Counted from the whole stretch's first letter, positions 38,179 to 50,906 are shown. The stretch is 63,144 bases of DNA, filler included, from Reclinomonas americana ATCC 50394 (GCA_048213135.1; 51 parts of 51 records of this genome joined end to end with filler, not necessarily neighbours in it); one strand, 5' to 3'. The notes: generated by a model not told the origin, from the sequence alone. Numbers and translations: made by a program.

Positions 38179-38552
38179 TTGAAGTGAGGGCAAGGAGAAG
38201 GCAAAGGGAACAGAGGGAAGAGGGAAAGAGGGAAAGAGGGGAAAGTGAAGGAATAGGATGAGAGGATGGGGAATGAGGGCAAGGAAAAGAGACGGGAAAG
38301 TGAGGAATAGGAAGAAGGGAAGATCGGAAGAGGGGAAGAGCGGAAGAGGGGAGAGTGAAGGAATAGGAAGAGAGGGAATGAGGGAAAAGAGAGGACCGAG
38401 AGGAAGAGAGAGAGAGAGAGAGAGAGAGNNNNNNNNNNNNNNNNNNNNNNNNNNNNNNNNNNNNNNNNNNNNTTAATTAATTAANNNNNNNNNNNNNNNN
38501 NNNNNNNNNNNNNNNNNNNNNNNNNNNNAAAAGTGGGTGCAGGCAGACGAAC

Positions 38553-38781
38553 CCAGCAATCATGGTGCCCATCGACAGGCCCATGTTCTTGTAGCCGTAC
38601 ACCATGTTGCAGAGCAGCTTGGAGGCGGCCGCCACCGAGATGCGCTCCTTGTTGCGCAGCTCGTACAGACGGCATTCCATGCCCAGCACGCGCTCCCAGA
38701 ACGTGCAATCCGCAGCACCGCCGGCCATCGTGCCCAGCAGGTACGGGTTGATCTCGATGATCTTCTTCACCGAGGCCGAGG
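38553..38781 (-). CDS. PSMB5: 20S proteasome subunit beta-5 exon
   Basis: [50 protein letters not shown]...[10 protein letters not shown]. Confidence 0.97.
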
Positions 38782-39600
38782 CTGCGGGAAGAGGGAGGGT
38801 GAGGGGAGAGAAGGGGAAGGAGGGGAAGGGAGAAGGAGGGATAAGAGGAGACGGAAAGGCAAGAGAATGAGAATGTGTGGACAAGGAGAACAGCGAGTGC
38901 TAGAGAAAAAGAAAAGCAGGAAGTGACCAGAAGCAAGGAGGGGCGAAGAGGAGACGAGAGTGGAAAAGGCAAATGAATGGATTGCGAGGGGAGAGGGAGG
39001 AAGTGAAGAGTGAGCAAGGAGTAGAGTGGACGGAGGGAGTGCAGCGAACAAGGAAGGAAGACCAAGAGTTAAAGAAAGGACATGTGATGAGGCAAGGGGA
39101 AGAATAAAGACAGCCCGCGTAAGCGAGCGAGAAAGCGAGGGACAAGGAATGTGAAGCAACAAACGGAGACAAGACGAAGAGCTGAAGATGATTTGGGAGC
39201 TGCAAGCAGGGGGAATAACATAGCGAGTCTGCATTAAGCGAGCGAGAAAGGTAGGCGTGAGATGAAAATGCGAGGTACAAGGAGAGGAGAAGAGTGCAAG
39301 TGAGTGAGAACGAGAGACAATGAAAGGGAGGGGAAGCAAGAGTATTCGCGTTCATAAGAGATGACTGGCGAGCAGGGAAGGGAGACGTGTGTGTGTGAGA
39401 GAGAGAAAGAGAGAACACGTGAGATGAGAAAGACGGGCAAAGAGAAACGACAGGGTGGCAGGGAGGGAATGTGTGTGTGTGCGAGAAAGAGAGAATATGA
39501 CACGCGAGATGAGAGAGAGAGAGAGAGAGCAACGGAAACGGGAAACCCGACGGACAACGAAGGGGAAGGGAGTGCGTAGTAAGCGTGTGTGTGTGTGTGT

Positions 39601-39665
<65 letters not shown>

Positions 39666-40806
39666 NNNNNNNNNNNNNNNNNNNNNNNNNNNNNNNNNNN
39701 NNNNNNNNNTTAATTAATTAANNNNNNNNNNNNNNNNNNNNNNNNNNNNNNNNNNNNNNNNNNNNGGGGAGGAGAAGGGGGATGAGAAGGGGGAGGAGAA
39801 GGGGAACGAGAAGGGGAACGAGAAGAGGGATGAGAAAGGGGAGGAGAAGGGGAGGAGAAGGGGAACGAGAAGGGGAACGAGAAGGGGAATGAGAAGGGGA
39901 ACGAGAAGGGAGAGGAGAAGAGGGATGAGTTGAGGGATGAGAAGGGGTGGAGAAGGAAGTGGAGAAGGGGGAAGGGGAGAGAGAGAATGGGCAACAGAAA
40001 AACACAAGAAGGAAAAAAGGAAGAATTACAAGGAAGAAAAGACGACGCAACGAAAAGAACAAGATGCACAAGCAGAACAACAAGAAGCACACCAACAACA
40101 ACACCAACGACAAAGTCCAACAAACAAGAGCAAGAGACAACGCGCGCGCGCGCGCCATGTCCACACACACTCTCTGCCACACACTCTCACACGCAACGAT
40201 CGCGATCCCGATCCACTCGCCACCTCGCTGCTCTTCTTCGCACGGCGCCTGCTGTGCGTCTGCTCAAGCCACTCCGGAGGCATCGGCTAACACAAGAGAC
40301 AAGAGACAAGTGAGAGAGAGAGAGAAAGTGTGAGCATGCCGCGCAACAACAAACAAACAAACAGACGCGCGTGTGTGATAAAAGAGAGAGAGTGGGAGAG
40401 TGGGGAGAGAGTGTGTGTGTGTGAATGAGAGTGAGAAGCAAGAGAGGAGAGGGGGAGAGTGTGCGAGTGAGAGAGTGTGTGAGAGTGAGTGAGAAACAGG
40501 CGAGTGTGTGTTTTGTGTGCGCTTTGTGTGTGCGAGAGAGGGAGTGTGTGTGTCTGTGTGAGTAAGAGAGGAGGAGAGTGTGTGAATGAGTGAGAGTGTG
40601 TGCGAGAGAGTGTGTGTGAGAAACACGTGAGAGAGTGTTCGAAAAGTGTGCGTTTTGTGTGTGTTTTGTGTGCGTTTGTGTGTGCGTTTGTGTGTGCATA
40701 TGTGGAGAACACAAGGAGAGAGTGTGCAAGTGAGCGAGAGTGTGTGTGAGAGTGAGCGTGTGTGAGAAAAAAGTGTGCAATAATGTGTTTTGTGCGCGAT
40801 AGTGTG

Positions 40807-40869
<63 letters not shown>

Positions 40870-41002
40870 AGGAGAGAGAGAGAAGAGTGTGAGAAGTAAG
40901 AGNNNNNNNNNNNNNNNNNNNNNNNNNNNNNNNNNNNNNNNNNNNNTTAATTAATTAANNNNNNNNNNNNNNNNNNNNNNNNNNNNNNNNNNNNNNNNNN
41001 NN

Positions 41003-41715
41003 CTGACGCCGCCGCTCCGCCCTTCTTCTTCGGCAGCAGCGCCTTGTGCAACAACGGCGGCACACCACCACTGGCAATGGTGACGCTCTTCAGCAACGTA
41101 TTGAGCTCCTCGTCGTTGCGCACGGCCAACTACAACGGGAGAAGTGAGTTGCATGCACGGACAGACAGATACAGAGAGAAGGGCGAGGACGGACCAGAAT
41201 ATGGCGTGGCACAATGCGGCTCTTCTTATTGTCGCGCGCTGCATTGCCGGCCAGCTCCAGCACCTCGGCCGTCAAGTACTCCAGCACGGCGGCGACGTAG
41301 CTGATAACAACAATCAAACCCGAACAAACCACGAAGACAAGAGGGAGATGATGAGCGGTGGGGATGGAGGCAGCGAGGGGGAAGGCGAGAGCAGTGGTGT
41401 GTGACGCAACACAGGAGCCAGCGAGCCGATGCGCTCGCCATAGTTTCCCTCACGGAGAAACCGACTACATGATTGCACATGAGATGTGGTGAGCAACGCA
41501 CACTCTCTCAGACACGCACACACACGCACAGGCAGCGCAAGAGACAGACGTACCCAATGCGGCCGACAGGGAACTGCAAACCTGCACACACACACACACA
41601 AAGCAACGCAGTCAGTGATCATGACTGACTGCACAAACACACACAGAGACACGCACCTGCACGAGCGCTCTGACTGCTCTTCTTGGTGGTAGTGGCGCCA
41701 CTCAGCTTGCCCATT
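41003..41715 (-). CDS. H2A: Histone H2A, second copy or allele of 27365-28078
   Basis: Near-identical sequence and the same intron positions. Confidence 0.95.
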
Positions 41716-41817
41716 CTCTTCTCTCTTCTTGCACAAAATGTGGATGAAAATAGAGGTCGACGTCGACGTCGACATCGATTTGTCACTCTCCTTCACACAC
41801 ACACTCACACACACACA

Positions 41818-42061
41818 ATGGCTTCAGGCTCAGGTGCTGCTGCTGCTGCGGCCGCTGCATCCGCAGCCAGCGCGACTCGCTCATCGACCAATCCCATGTT
41901 GCGCACACGCACACACTTGTCACTCTCTCTCTCTCTGTGTCTCTCTCTCTCACACACACATGCAGTGTGTTCTTTGATGTCTCCATTGGCAACGTGCCGC
42001 AAGGGCGCATCAAGATGGAGCTGTTTGCCGACATTGTGCCCAAGACAGCTGAGAACTTCAG
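41818..42061 (+). CDS. Cyclophilin, second copy or allele of 28186-28429
   Basis: Same exons as the first copy. Confidence 0.9.
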
Positions 42062-44715
42062 GTGAGAGAGAGAGAGAGAGTGGGAGTGTGTGTGTGTGAC
42101 TATGCATGACGCGTTCTTCTCTCTGCCTTTTGTCACAGATNNNNNNNNNNNNNNNNNNNNNNNNNNNNNNNNNNNNNNNNNNNNTTAATTAATTAANNNN
42201 NNNNNNNNNNNNNNNNNNNNNNNNNNNNNNNNNNNNNNNNTCTTTTTCTTCTCCTGCCACTCCCTCTTTTTTCCTCCCCCATTCCTTTCCCTCTGCTCCT
42301 TCGCCTCTTTCTCTCGTTCTTCTCCTCCCACACCCTCTCTCTTCTTCTTCCCCACTCCTGTCCTTCTTCATCCCTCCCCATTACGCATCCTTTCCTTCTT
42401 CGCCTCTTTCTCGCTTGAGCTCCTTTCCTTCTTCATCCCTTCCTCCCTTCCCCGCTCAATTCCTTCTCCATCCTTTCTTTATTCACTCATCCTTCCCTCG
42501 AGGCCTCATTCGTCATCCCTACTCTCTTTCTCTTCTCTCTTCTCTCTCCACCCACTTCGTTCTCACGGCCGTGCTATCCGCCGCTTGTCCCGTTTTCTAT
42601 TCTTCCGATCCGCAACGAGTGAATGTCTTCGTGATCGTGTGTGTGGTTACTGTTGTCGCCATTTTGAGCCGTTGGCTTGCAGAACACATAAGGAAGATGA
42701 ATCTTCGTGTACTTGACGCAAGAAGCGGTGTCGGTGTGTGGAGAGGCAGAGAGAGAAAGACTGGTCGTTAAAGAGATGAAGAAAAGAGAAACCTCCACAC
42801 CGCAGCAGGCCATCGTCCTGTTTCTCTCTCTTGTTTCTCTCTCCTCACGTGCACGCTGCGTGCTCTCACTCATCAGCATGGTTTCCTGCTCGCACAGGCG
42901 CTCTGGTTGATGATGTAAGAAACACTCATGGAGCGCGACTCGCACCTCCACGTCCTCCATCTGGACGATTGTTGATCCCAATTCGCCTCCACCGAATGTT
43001 GTTATCGGCCCTCAGTCATTGCTGTTGTGCCGTTTCATCATCTTCTCCTTCAGGAAGAGGAGGAGGAGAAGGAGAAAAGTAGATGACCTGCTGGATGTGG
43101 CGACATTGGCATCTTTTGGAGGTACGTTCGTACTTGCGCCGTGGGGTGTGCATGGGAAATCAACCGCGTCTGTCTCTCTCTCCTCACTCATTCATTCATT
43201 GTGTCTGTTCAGCAGCACGATCCGTGATCCCCCGCTCCAATGGAGAGTTTTCTCTCTCCCTGTCTCCACCATCGCCTGTGCATGCATCGCAAGGCTCGGA
43301 CGTCTCTGTGAGTTGTCCCTGTTGCATTGTTCCTTCTCCCTCTCTCGCTCTCCTCACTCACTCGTTCATTCATTCATTNNNNNNNNNNNNNNNNNNNNNN
43401 NNNNNNNNNNNNNNNNNNNNNNTTAATTAATTAANNNNNNNNNNNNNNNNNNNNNNNNNNNNNNNNNNNNNNNNNNNNGAAAGTTCGTGACTAGCTCGAA
43501 ATTGTTGTCCAACTCGGCGAGCATCGAGATAATGGCATGCAGAGAGCGGCCCAGTTTTCTGACTGCCTCTCCCGTGGTGCCCTCAGCACCGGTGCCCCCG
43601 TCTTCCGCTGTGGCATCCACGAGCCGGTGCAAAACGTCAGCTCCAGCCGCCGCCAAGTGCGCCGACATATCTCGATACTGCGCCAGCACTGTGCACAGCG
43701 AGTGCGAATCAGCACCACTGTCGCCGCTCTCGTAGTGTCGTCCGTCCATGCCGCTCCCACTGTCACTCCCGCCACCAGAGTTCAAGTGCTGCAAAATGTG
43801 ACGCAAAGCGCGCAGCTCACGCTTGCGCGAATTACTCGCAACTCTGGCCGGTGTGCCTGCATGCAGTCCAGTCGACGTCGTAAGGAAGAATCGGTACAAT
43901 GGTGCAACTTCGCTGGATGACATTTTGAGTAAGGAAGGGATGTACCTTGAAACACGCGACACAAGGCCGACGCGACAGCATTTGCGGAGGCCGAGGTGGT
44001 CGACGCGAACACGAGTGGTGCCCATTGGACCAAGAACAGCTTGCAGTCGTCTTGCCACAATGCCGTTGACGGTGCCCGACGACAATCGATGAGAGCAATG
44101 GCAGCGTGTGTTGCAACGCTGCTGGATGACCCGGAACTAGAGGAAGCGCCTCCTGCAGCTGCGGCCGCAGTGCGGGTCGAACTGGTCACCACCGCCTTGT
44201 GCAAGCTCAGGACGGACAGTGCCAGGTTCACATCGATCGCGCCTCGCTCAGCGCGAAGGCAATCAAGCTTGTCAGCATCGCAACGAGCTGACTGCCGAAG
44301 GTCGGAAATCGCCTGCTTCGCGAACTGCCTCACGGTGTCCTTGCTGGACCCATTGGAAACAATGCCAGTAAGAACACAGAGAGAGAGAGAGAGATCGCGC
44401 GCACCAAGAGCAAAGCACAGTGACGCACATCAATCGTTTGGCAACATCATCAGGCCCCGTATCGTCGAGGAGCTCCAGCAACAAGAGATTCAGCGCCTCG
44501 CAATCGGTGTCACGGTCGGCCAGAGTCGCCGCTGCACAGCTGTGCGAGAAATACGCCCTTGAAGACCGCGACATCGCCAATGCGTTTGCGATGGCAGCAA
44601 AAAATGTTCGCAGGGNNNNNNNNNNNNNNNNNNNNNNNNNNNNNNNNNNNNNNNNNNNNTTAATTAATTAANNNNNNNNNNNNNNNNNNNNNNNNNNNNN
44701 NNNNNNNNNNNNNNN

Positions 44716-45689
44716 CGGCCTGTTCTCGTACAACTCTGGCTTCTACCAGCAGATCACCGGCTTCACTGTGAGCGGCACCGCCAACAACTTTGTGGCTGCC
44801 ACGCAGTACACGGCCAAGATCCGCGTCACTGTGAACAACAACACCACTGCCTCGGCGGCCGGCTCCATCCAGGCCACCACCGACAACAACGGCTCCGTGC
44901 CGGCTGCGCCCACCAACGTGGCGTACTCGCGCCTGTTCTCGACTGGCGTGCGCCTCAACTTCTCGACCCCGATCAGCGTCGGCGGCTCCAACACTGCCAC
45001 CTCGAGCGCCACGCAGGGCAACCTGACGACGCCGACCCCGAACTTGAGCGCCTACCGTGTGGTGTACTCGACCACCAGCGCCTCGTCGGTGACTGCGGCC
45101 ACTGCCGGCTCTGCCGTCAACATTGACACCAGCTCCATTCCGTCCACCAACGGCACTGGCGCTGCGGCGTCGTGGAGCAACAACCTGTCGACCTACTACA
45201 TTGACGTGACTGGCCTGCCGGCTGGCACCTCGGTCAACCTGCAGATCTGCGCCAGCAACCAGTTCTCGATTGCCTTCCCGACCTCGCCCTTCAACCCGGC
45301 TGGCACCACCGCCAACCCGGTGACGTGCGCGTTCAGCACTGCCATCAACTTCACTACTCCGGCTGCCAGCGGTGTCGTGCCGAACCCGCCGACCAGCCTG
45401 ACGGTGACGCAGTACGGCCTCACCAACATCTTCCTGCAGTGGACGATTCCGCAGAACTTTGGCTCCAACGCCGTGACGGTGTTCACGATCTTCCGCGGCC
45501 AGGGCAGCGCGACCCCGGTGTCTGTGGGCACGGTGACCCTGCCGGCTGGCTGGGCGACCACCGCCGCTTACACTGCCGACACGACGCTGACGGCCAACAC
45601 GTCGTACACGTACCAGGTGTACGCCACTGCCACGTCGACCAACTCGGCCACGGCTGCTGGCCCGATCACTCAGACCACTCACAACACCA
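44716..45689 (+). CDS. Ser/Thr-rich surface protein with fibronectin type III domains
   Basis: VPNPPTSLTV...IFLQWTIP...FTIFRG...LTANTSYTYQVYA and VPAAPTNV...YRVVY...VTGLPAGT. Strong C-ending codon bias. Confidence 0.85.
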
Positions 45690-46544
45690 GTTGCGTGAAA
45701 GGGGGGAAAGTAAGGGAGGGGGGCGGCAAGGGAAAGAGAGAAAGAAAGAGGAGAGGGGAGTGGGAGAGAAAGACTGATAGAGAGATAGGGAATCATCTGC
45801 TTCTTTTTGAGTATCAGTATCTCATCCACCACCACCTCCCTTCTCCTCCATTNNNNNNNNNNNNNNNNNNNNNNNNNNNNNNNNNNNNNNNNNNNNTTAA
45901 TTAATTAANNNNNNNNNNNNNNNNNNNNNNNNNNNNNNNNNNNNNNNNNNNNCCGAGCGCCTGCATCTGGCGCCAGTTCAGCACCGAGCACGGATCCAAG
46001 CGCATCGTCACTGAGCTGCCGTGCGAGGTGACAGCCTCCGCGCCGAAAATGGCGGCGGCCTCCGCCGCGTCGCTCTCCAGTGCGGCGGAGTTTGACTGCA
46101 AGGCAGCGAGTGAGATTAAGAAGGCAGAGACAGGCTTGCGGAGACGTACCATCTCGTCGTCAATCTCCAGCGACATGGCGGGCATGAGCTCGTCACCCGA
46201 GTCGTCGCCATCCTCATCATCCTCCTCTTCCACTTCTTCATCGTCGTCGTCGTCAGCGTCGGCAGAGGAATCCTTCGCGGACGACTTTGACTTCTGCATG
46301 GACAATCAAGATAAGCACGAGGAGACGCGAGGCGACGCAGAGAGGGCACTCGACGCACCGACGCAGGAGGAGGGGCGAACTTGGCTTGGTGCTCGTCCAC
46401 AATCAGGCGCATCATCTCCAGTGGAGTTCCCCGCCGCCGTGAAATGAGGTCGTTCATGCGCTCGGTGATGGTCTGCGGAACGGCGAGTGAGAGAGGCAAA
46501 GGGGGGAAGGGAAGGAAAGCAAAGGAGGAGAGGGAGGAGCAGGC

Positions 46545-46740
46545 CTAGACGACGCAGGAGGAGACGATGCAGCAGGAGGAGACGATGCAGGAGGAGGAGA
46601 CGACGCAGCAGAAGGAGACGACGCAGCAGGAGGAGGAGACGACGCATCAGGAGTAGGAGACGACGCAGGAGGAGGAGACGACGCAGGTGGAGGAGACGCA
46701 GCACGAGGAGGAGACGACGCAGCACAAGGAGGAGGACGCC
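46545..46740 (+). repeat. Minisatellite of 18-21-bp units (GAGACGACGCAGGAGGAG variants)
   Basis: Directly visible tandem array, probably intronic. Confidence 0.85.
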
Positions 46741-47189
46741 ATCAACAAGCACGATAAGCACCAGCACGACAACAAGACAACCATTGGATCCAACATCGAC
46801 AGCACAGAAAATCGAATCCCCCAACACCCTTTCTCCCTTTCCACGAACTCACCCAATCCGTCTCACACAACAAGAGCGGCGCTGCACGAATCCCCGTCAA
46901 CGCATACTTGTGCTTCCCAATCGTAAACGAAAACGCGCCATCGTCACTCGCATCGTACGCGAAATCTAAGAGTGAAAGAGAAAGGGTCAATGCAAACTAA
47001 AAATACAAACATGGAAGACAAGGAAGAGTGGGGGAGTTGCACAAAGAGAGTGTGAGAGAGTGAGTGAGTGAGAGAAAGGGCGTGTAAGTNNNNNNNNNNN
47101 NNNNNNNNNNNNNNNNNNNNNNNNNNNNNNNNNTTAATTAATTAANNNNNNNNNNNNNNNNNNNNNNNNNNNNNNNNNNNNNNNNNNNN

Positions 47190-47559
47190 TTGTCGGAGAA
47201 AAGCTGGAGAACGTCACGGTCGAGAAGGTGAACTGCAAGCCTGTGCATGAGGTGTAGGAGCCCGACACCACTTCCAGAGCCACCGTGCTGGCCGCCGTGC
47301 TCGGAGTGGCGCACGTGATCTGCGTATTGCTGACCCACGTCGCCGTCGCCGTCGTCGAGCCAAACTTGCACACCAAATCCGTCGTCGGCGCAAAGCGGCT
47401 GCCCGTCACCGTCACCACCACGCCCGATGTGTTGGCCGCCGATGTAGTCGGTGTGAACGACGTCACACTCAGCTCGCATGTCGCCGACACATTCGTGACG
47501 GCAAGCGAGAGGAGCACGACAATTGACAGGGTGCAGAGCTTCAGCCAAGGAAACTGCAA
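47190..47559 (-). CDS. Secreted IPT/TIG-domain protein, N-terminus
   Basis: Signal peptide, then SVTSFTPT...VTVTGSRF...LVCKFG...ATWVSNTQITCATP...VALEV...FTF. Confidence 0.85.
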
Positions 47560-48426
47560 GGGTTGATTACGTCAGCAAAACATCGCTACACACGCGGCGA
47601 GGTCAAGCACACCAACTCGCCATTCTTGTTGGTGTCCCCCGGAGGAAATGCCTATCACTCTGACCACGCGCGCCCCCGGCTTTGATGTTGTCTGAGATCG
47701 AGAGACCCTCCGCACTTGACACCAGCTGCTCTCTCACATGTGAGTGCGCGATGTCCCCACCCTGACCTCAGAGAGTCTGCGAATGAAAAACGGACGTACC
47801 GTAGACAGCGCCGAGAGCGAGTCGTCAGCAAGACTCTCTTCCCAGTTTGTCGCAAAGAAACGAAGCAGGTGGCGACTCATGTCGTGATCAGCTGCCATGA
47901 AATGTCTTGCCTTCTTCGCAGATGTTTGCGCTGCTCGACGTATCGATGGAGTCGGTTGCGCGCGAGCAACTGAAAATCTCCGCGGGAAAGTAATCGCGTT
48001 GAGTGCGGCGTTACTCTTTGCTCATCTTTGGTTTGCCGTGTCGCGCGCCTATCAATCTTGTTCGTGTAACACAAGTCGCTAACACCAGACGACCGCTGTT
48101 GCAGCAACATGGCGGAGGAAAAAAGTGAGTTCGACATGGCAATGGCCAACGACGGGCACAACACACGCGCTTCACAGTGCATGGCCCCTGGCCCAGTTTT
48201 TGTTCGTCGTCCGTTTGGTGCCTCGGTCACTCGCCTGAGAACCGGAGGGCAACCAGTTGGCAGCCTGTTTTTCATCAGAGTGTCGTGGATCCTGATCACT
48301 CTCGTCTTGGCATCCACCTTGATTTTNNNNNNNNNNNNNNNNNNNNNNNNNNNNNNNNNNNNNNNNNNNNTTAATTAATTAANNNNNNNNNNNNNNNNNN
48401 NNNNNNNNNNNNNNNNNNNNNNNNNN

Positions 48427-49562
48427 GCTGTGGATCCTGCAAGAGCTCATGGACGTGTTTATGGATCATGCCGTGTCATATCCCGACACAGTGGACATTG
48501 TGGGCGAGGTGCGCCAAGTCTGCTAAGCGTGACGATGCAAGAGAGTGAGTGACACTGATCTTTGCGCCCTGCAGGTATTTTGCCTGATCTCCACATCCCA
48601 CGAGGACGGTCGGCGCATCCCAGACCTTATTTTGGACTATGCGCTCGAGGTCTGCGCTTTGTCGCATGTGTGTTCTCTGCACTTCGTCTCACGTCGGCTT
48701 GTGCAGCTGTTCAACACTGAACCTGATCGGCCGAACGCGCCGCTGGAGACGAACGAGGAGGCGTGGAACAATGTTCGCGTGTGCCTCCGCTTCTTGCTCA
48801 TGTGCTCGCTACACGACGCTCTCGACGTGCATACCACCACACCGAAAGTGTTCCTGTTGGTGCGTACGCGTTCATCCTCTCGCTGAAATTGGTTTCATGC
48901 ATGCCTCGACTCACCGCTCCGCAGTGCCTACTGTGTGTCGGTCGAGGCTACCTGTTTACAAAGAGCACGCTGCACGCGTTGGTGATGAATACTGTGCATG
49001 CCATCTCGTGCCTCGCCGGTACTGAATCCGTGGAAGTTTGGAAGTTGCGTGTTCTTGTTGTCGCCCACTCGAAGCTGTGGCTGTGTGGTCTGACCTCACG
49101 CGCACTCGCACACGATGTGCAGTCAAGTACGAACCAACCTGCAACGTGATTCGCGGATTGTTACTCTGTTCTTTGGTCGCGAGGACGACGCACTGCTGAG
49201 CGATGTCAGCGCACTGGCCGTGCCAATGAGCAAGGAGTCGGGTGTGCCGCCGGCCGATGTATGCATGCGGAGCCTGGAGAGTCTCGTGCAACTGTTTTGT
49301 GAGACAGTGCGGTTGTTTGGCCTGGTGCAGCCAGCAACCACGGCGCGTTGGTTGCAAGAGTGTCTTGAGTTGCGGGCTGTTTGCCGGCGTTATTGGATGC
49401 GGATTGTGCACCTGACAAGAGATTGTGTAGATCGTCCACCACACTGGCGTTTGAGATGCGTGCCACGGGTGTGCAGTCTCGGAGTCTGGTGCTGTTCGGT
49501 GTGCTGCTGAATCCACCGCTGTCGGATGGAGTCTGGAGGAATCTGCTGTCGATCTTCCAGCT
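48427..49562 (+). CDS. Neurofibromin (NF1/IRA)-like protein, C-terminal HEAT-like region
   Basis: WNNVRVCLRFLLMCSLHDALDV, GYLFTKSTLHALVMNTVHAI and AFE...VQSRSLVLFG align by eye with NF1 motifs WDDIAILARYMLMLSFNNSLDV, GPLSLRASTHGLVINIIHSL and AFQ...LQPRALVVFG. Confidence 0.7.
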
Positions 49563-49662
49563 NNNNNNNNNNNNNNNNNNNNNNNNNNNNNNNNNNNNNN
49601 NNNNNNTTAATTAATTAANNNNNNNNNNNNNNNNNNNNNNNNNNNNNNNNNNNNNNNNNNNN

Positions 49663-50473
49663 AGCCCGCGCGCCGCCTTGCGACGGGCGCGGCGTCCCTG
49701 GCCGACTGCATGAACATGCTGCCGAAGCCGACATAGGTCGGCGGCTCGCCGGCATCGAGGAATGCCGTCAGCTCCGCTGGCAGGGGGCGCTCATCCGGCA
49801 GGATCCAGGCGCCGGTCTGGACGGCGTCGCAGAGCTCCGTCTGCCGCCAGGGCCAGAGAACCGGATCCGATGCCAGAAACGGCTTGTCCGTGAAGATGTG
49901 GTCGCGGGCATTATCGACCGGCGGCAGGCCGACCGAGGCGCGGTGTGCCGCGAGCGCCTCGCCGAACAGGGCATTCATGGTGCGGGCATTGAAGTCCCAC
50001 AATACGCGATGGTCGGTCACGTCCGGCGGCAGGGGATGGCCGGGATAGGGAAACGGCCGATGGTGGTGCGACGGCAGGAAGAGCGGACAGAATGTGACGT
50101 GGCGATAGGTGATGCCCATCAGTTCCGCGACCGACCGCGCCGCGCTCGCCGACGGGAACAGGCCGGTCGCGACGATCGCATCGCAGCCCACTGCCGCCAC
50201 CGAGATGGCGCCGAACTGCGCCGCCATCATGTCGGAGGCGAGCTTGTGGAAGTCTGCTGTCGAAGATGGCTTGGCCCGCTCGCTCACCCATTGGCGGATC
50301 GGCATGAAGGCCGGCGCGAGGGACACCCCCGCCCGCGCCAGCAGCTCGGCGAATTCCTGGTCCGGCGGGGCGGAGACCACGGCTTCGGCGCCAAGCTTCT
50401 GCAATTCAACAGCCAGCGCCACCAGCGGTTCGACATCGCCGCGCGAGCCGTAAGTCGATAACAAGACACGCAT
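49663..50473 (-). CDS. Bacterial GT1 glycosyltransferase of the GtfA/Rgt group; candidate rifamycin glycosyltransferase
   Basis: MRVLLSTYGSRGDVEPLVALA, DAIVATG, QTGAWILPDERPLPAELTAFLDAGEPPTYVGFGSM. RBS AGGGAG at 50481-50486 and an RAE-like element upstream. Confidence 0.85.
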
Positions 50474-50532
50474 TTTGCTACTCCCTTTGGCCTGGGGTTC
50501 AGGCCGAGGGCAGCGTTGCTAGGACATGGAGG

Positions 50533-50551
50533 GGGGCTTGCCGCAAGCCCC
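50533..50551. promoter_or_regulatory. RAE-like (rifamycin-associated element) 19-bp palindrome
   Basis: GGGGCTTGC-C-GCAAGCCCC, a perfect 9-bp inverted repeat 60 nt upstream of the glycosyltransferase ATG. Confidence 0.8.
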
Positions 50552-50580
50552 GGGGCGCGTTAGACGATGATAGTGGCAAG

Positions 50581-50607
50581 AGGCAGGGGCGTTCCCCTGC
50601 CTTTTTT
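50581..50607 (+). terminator. Intrinsic terminator
   Basis: AGGCAGGGG-CGTT-CCCCTGCCT hairpin followed by a T tract. Confidence 0.8.
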
Positions 50608-50906
50608 GTTGCCGCTGAAGCTCCTTGCGAGCTGGCGTTGCAACCTCCGGCGACCGCTTCGACCACTCCCGGCAGCACGGAGCGGGCGCGGTTCATCGCC
50701 GTCCTGAGGCTGTTGTCGCGGCACGACGTAAGCTGATTGCCTGAGAATGCCCTAGTCCTGGCCGGCGCCTTCATGGCCGGGCAGGCGCAGGCGGTAGACG
50801 NNNNNNNNNNNNNNNNNNNNNNNNNNNNNNNNNNNNNNNNNNNNTTAATTAATTAANNNNNNNNNNNNNNNNNNNNNNNNNNNNNNNNNNNNNNNNNNNN
50901 CATTCT

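Noticed and set aside
50499..50774. ORF overlapping the RAE region
   Set aside because: No RBS or recognisable protein features. The region is better explained as promoter and terminator.
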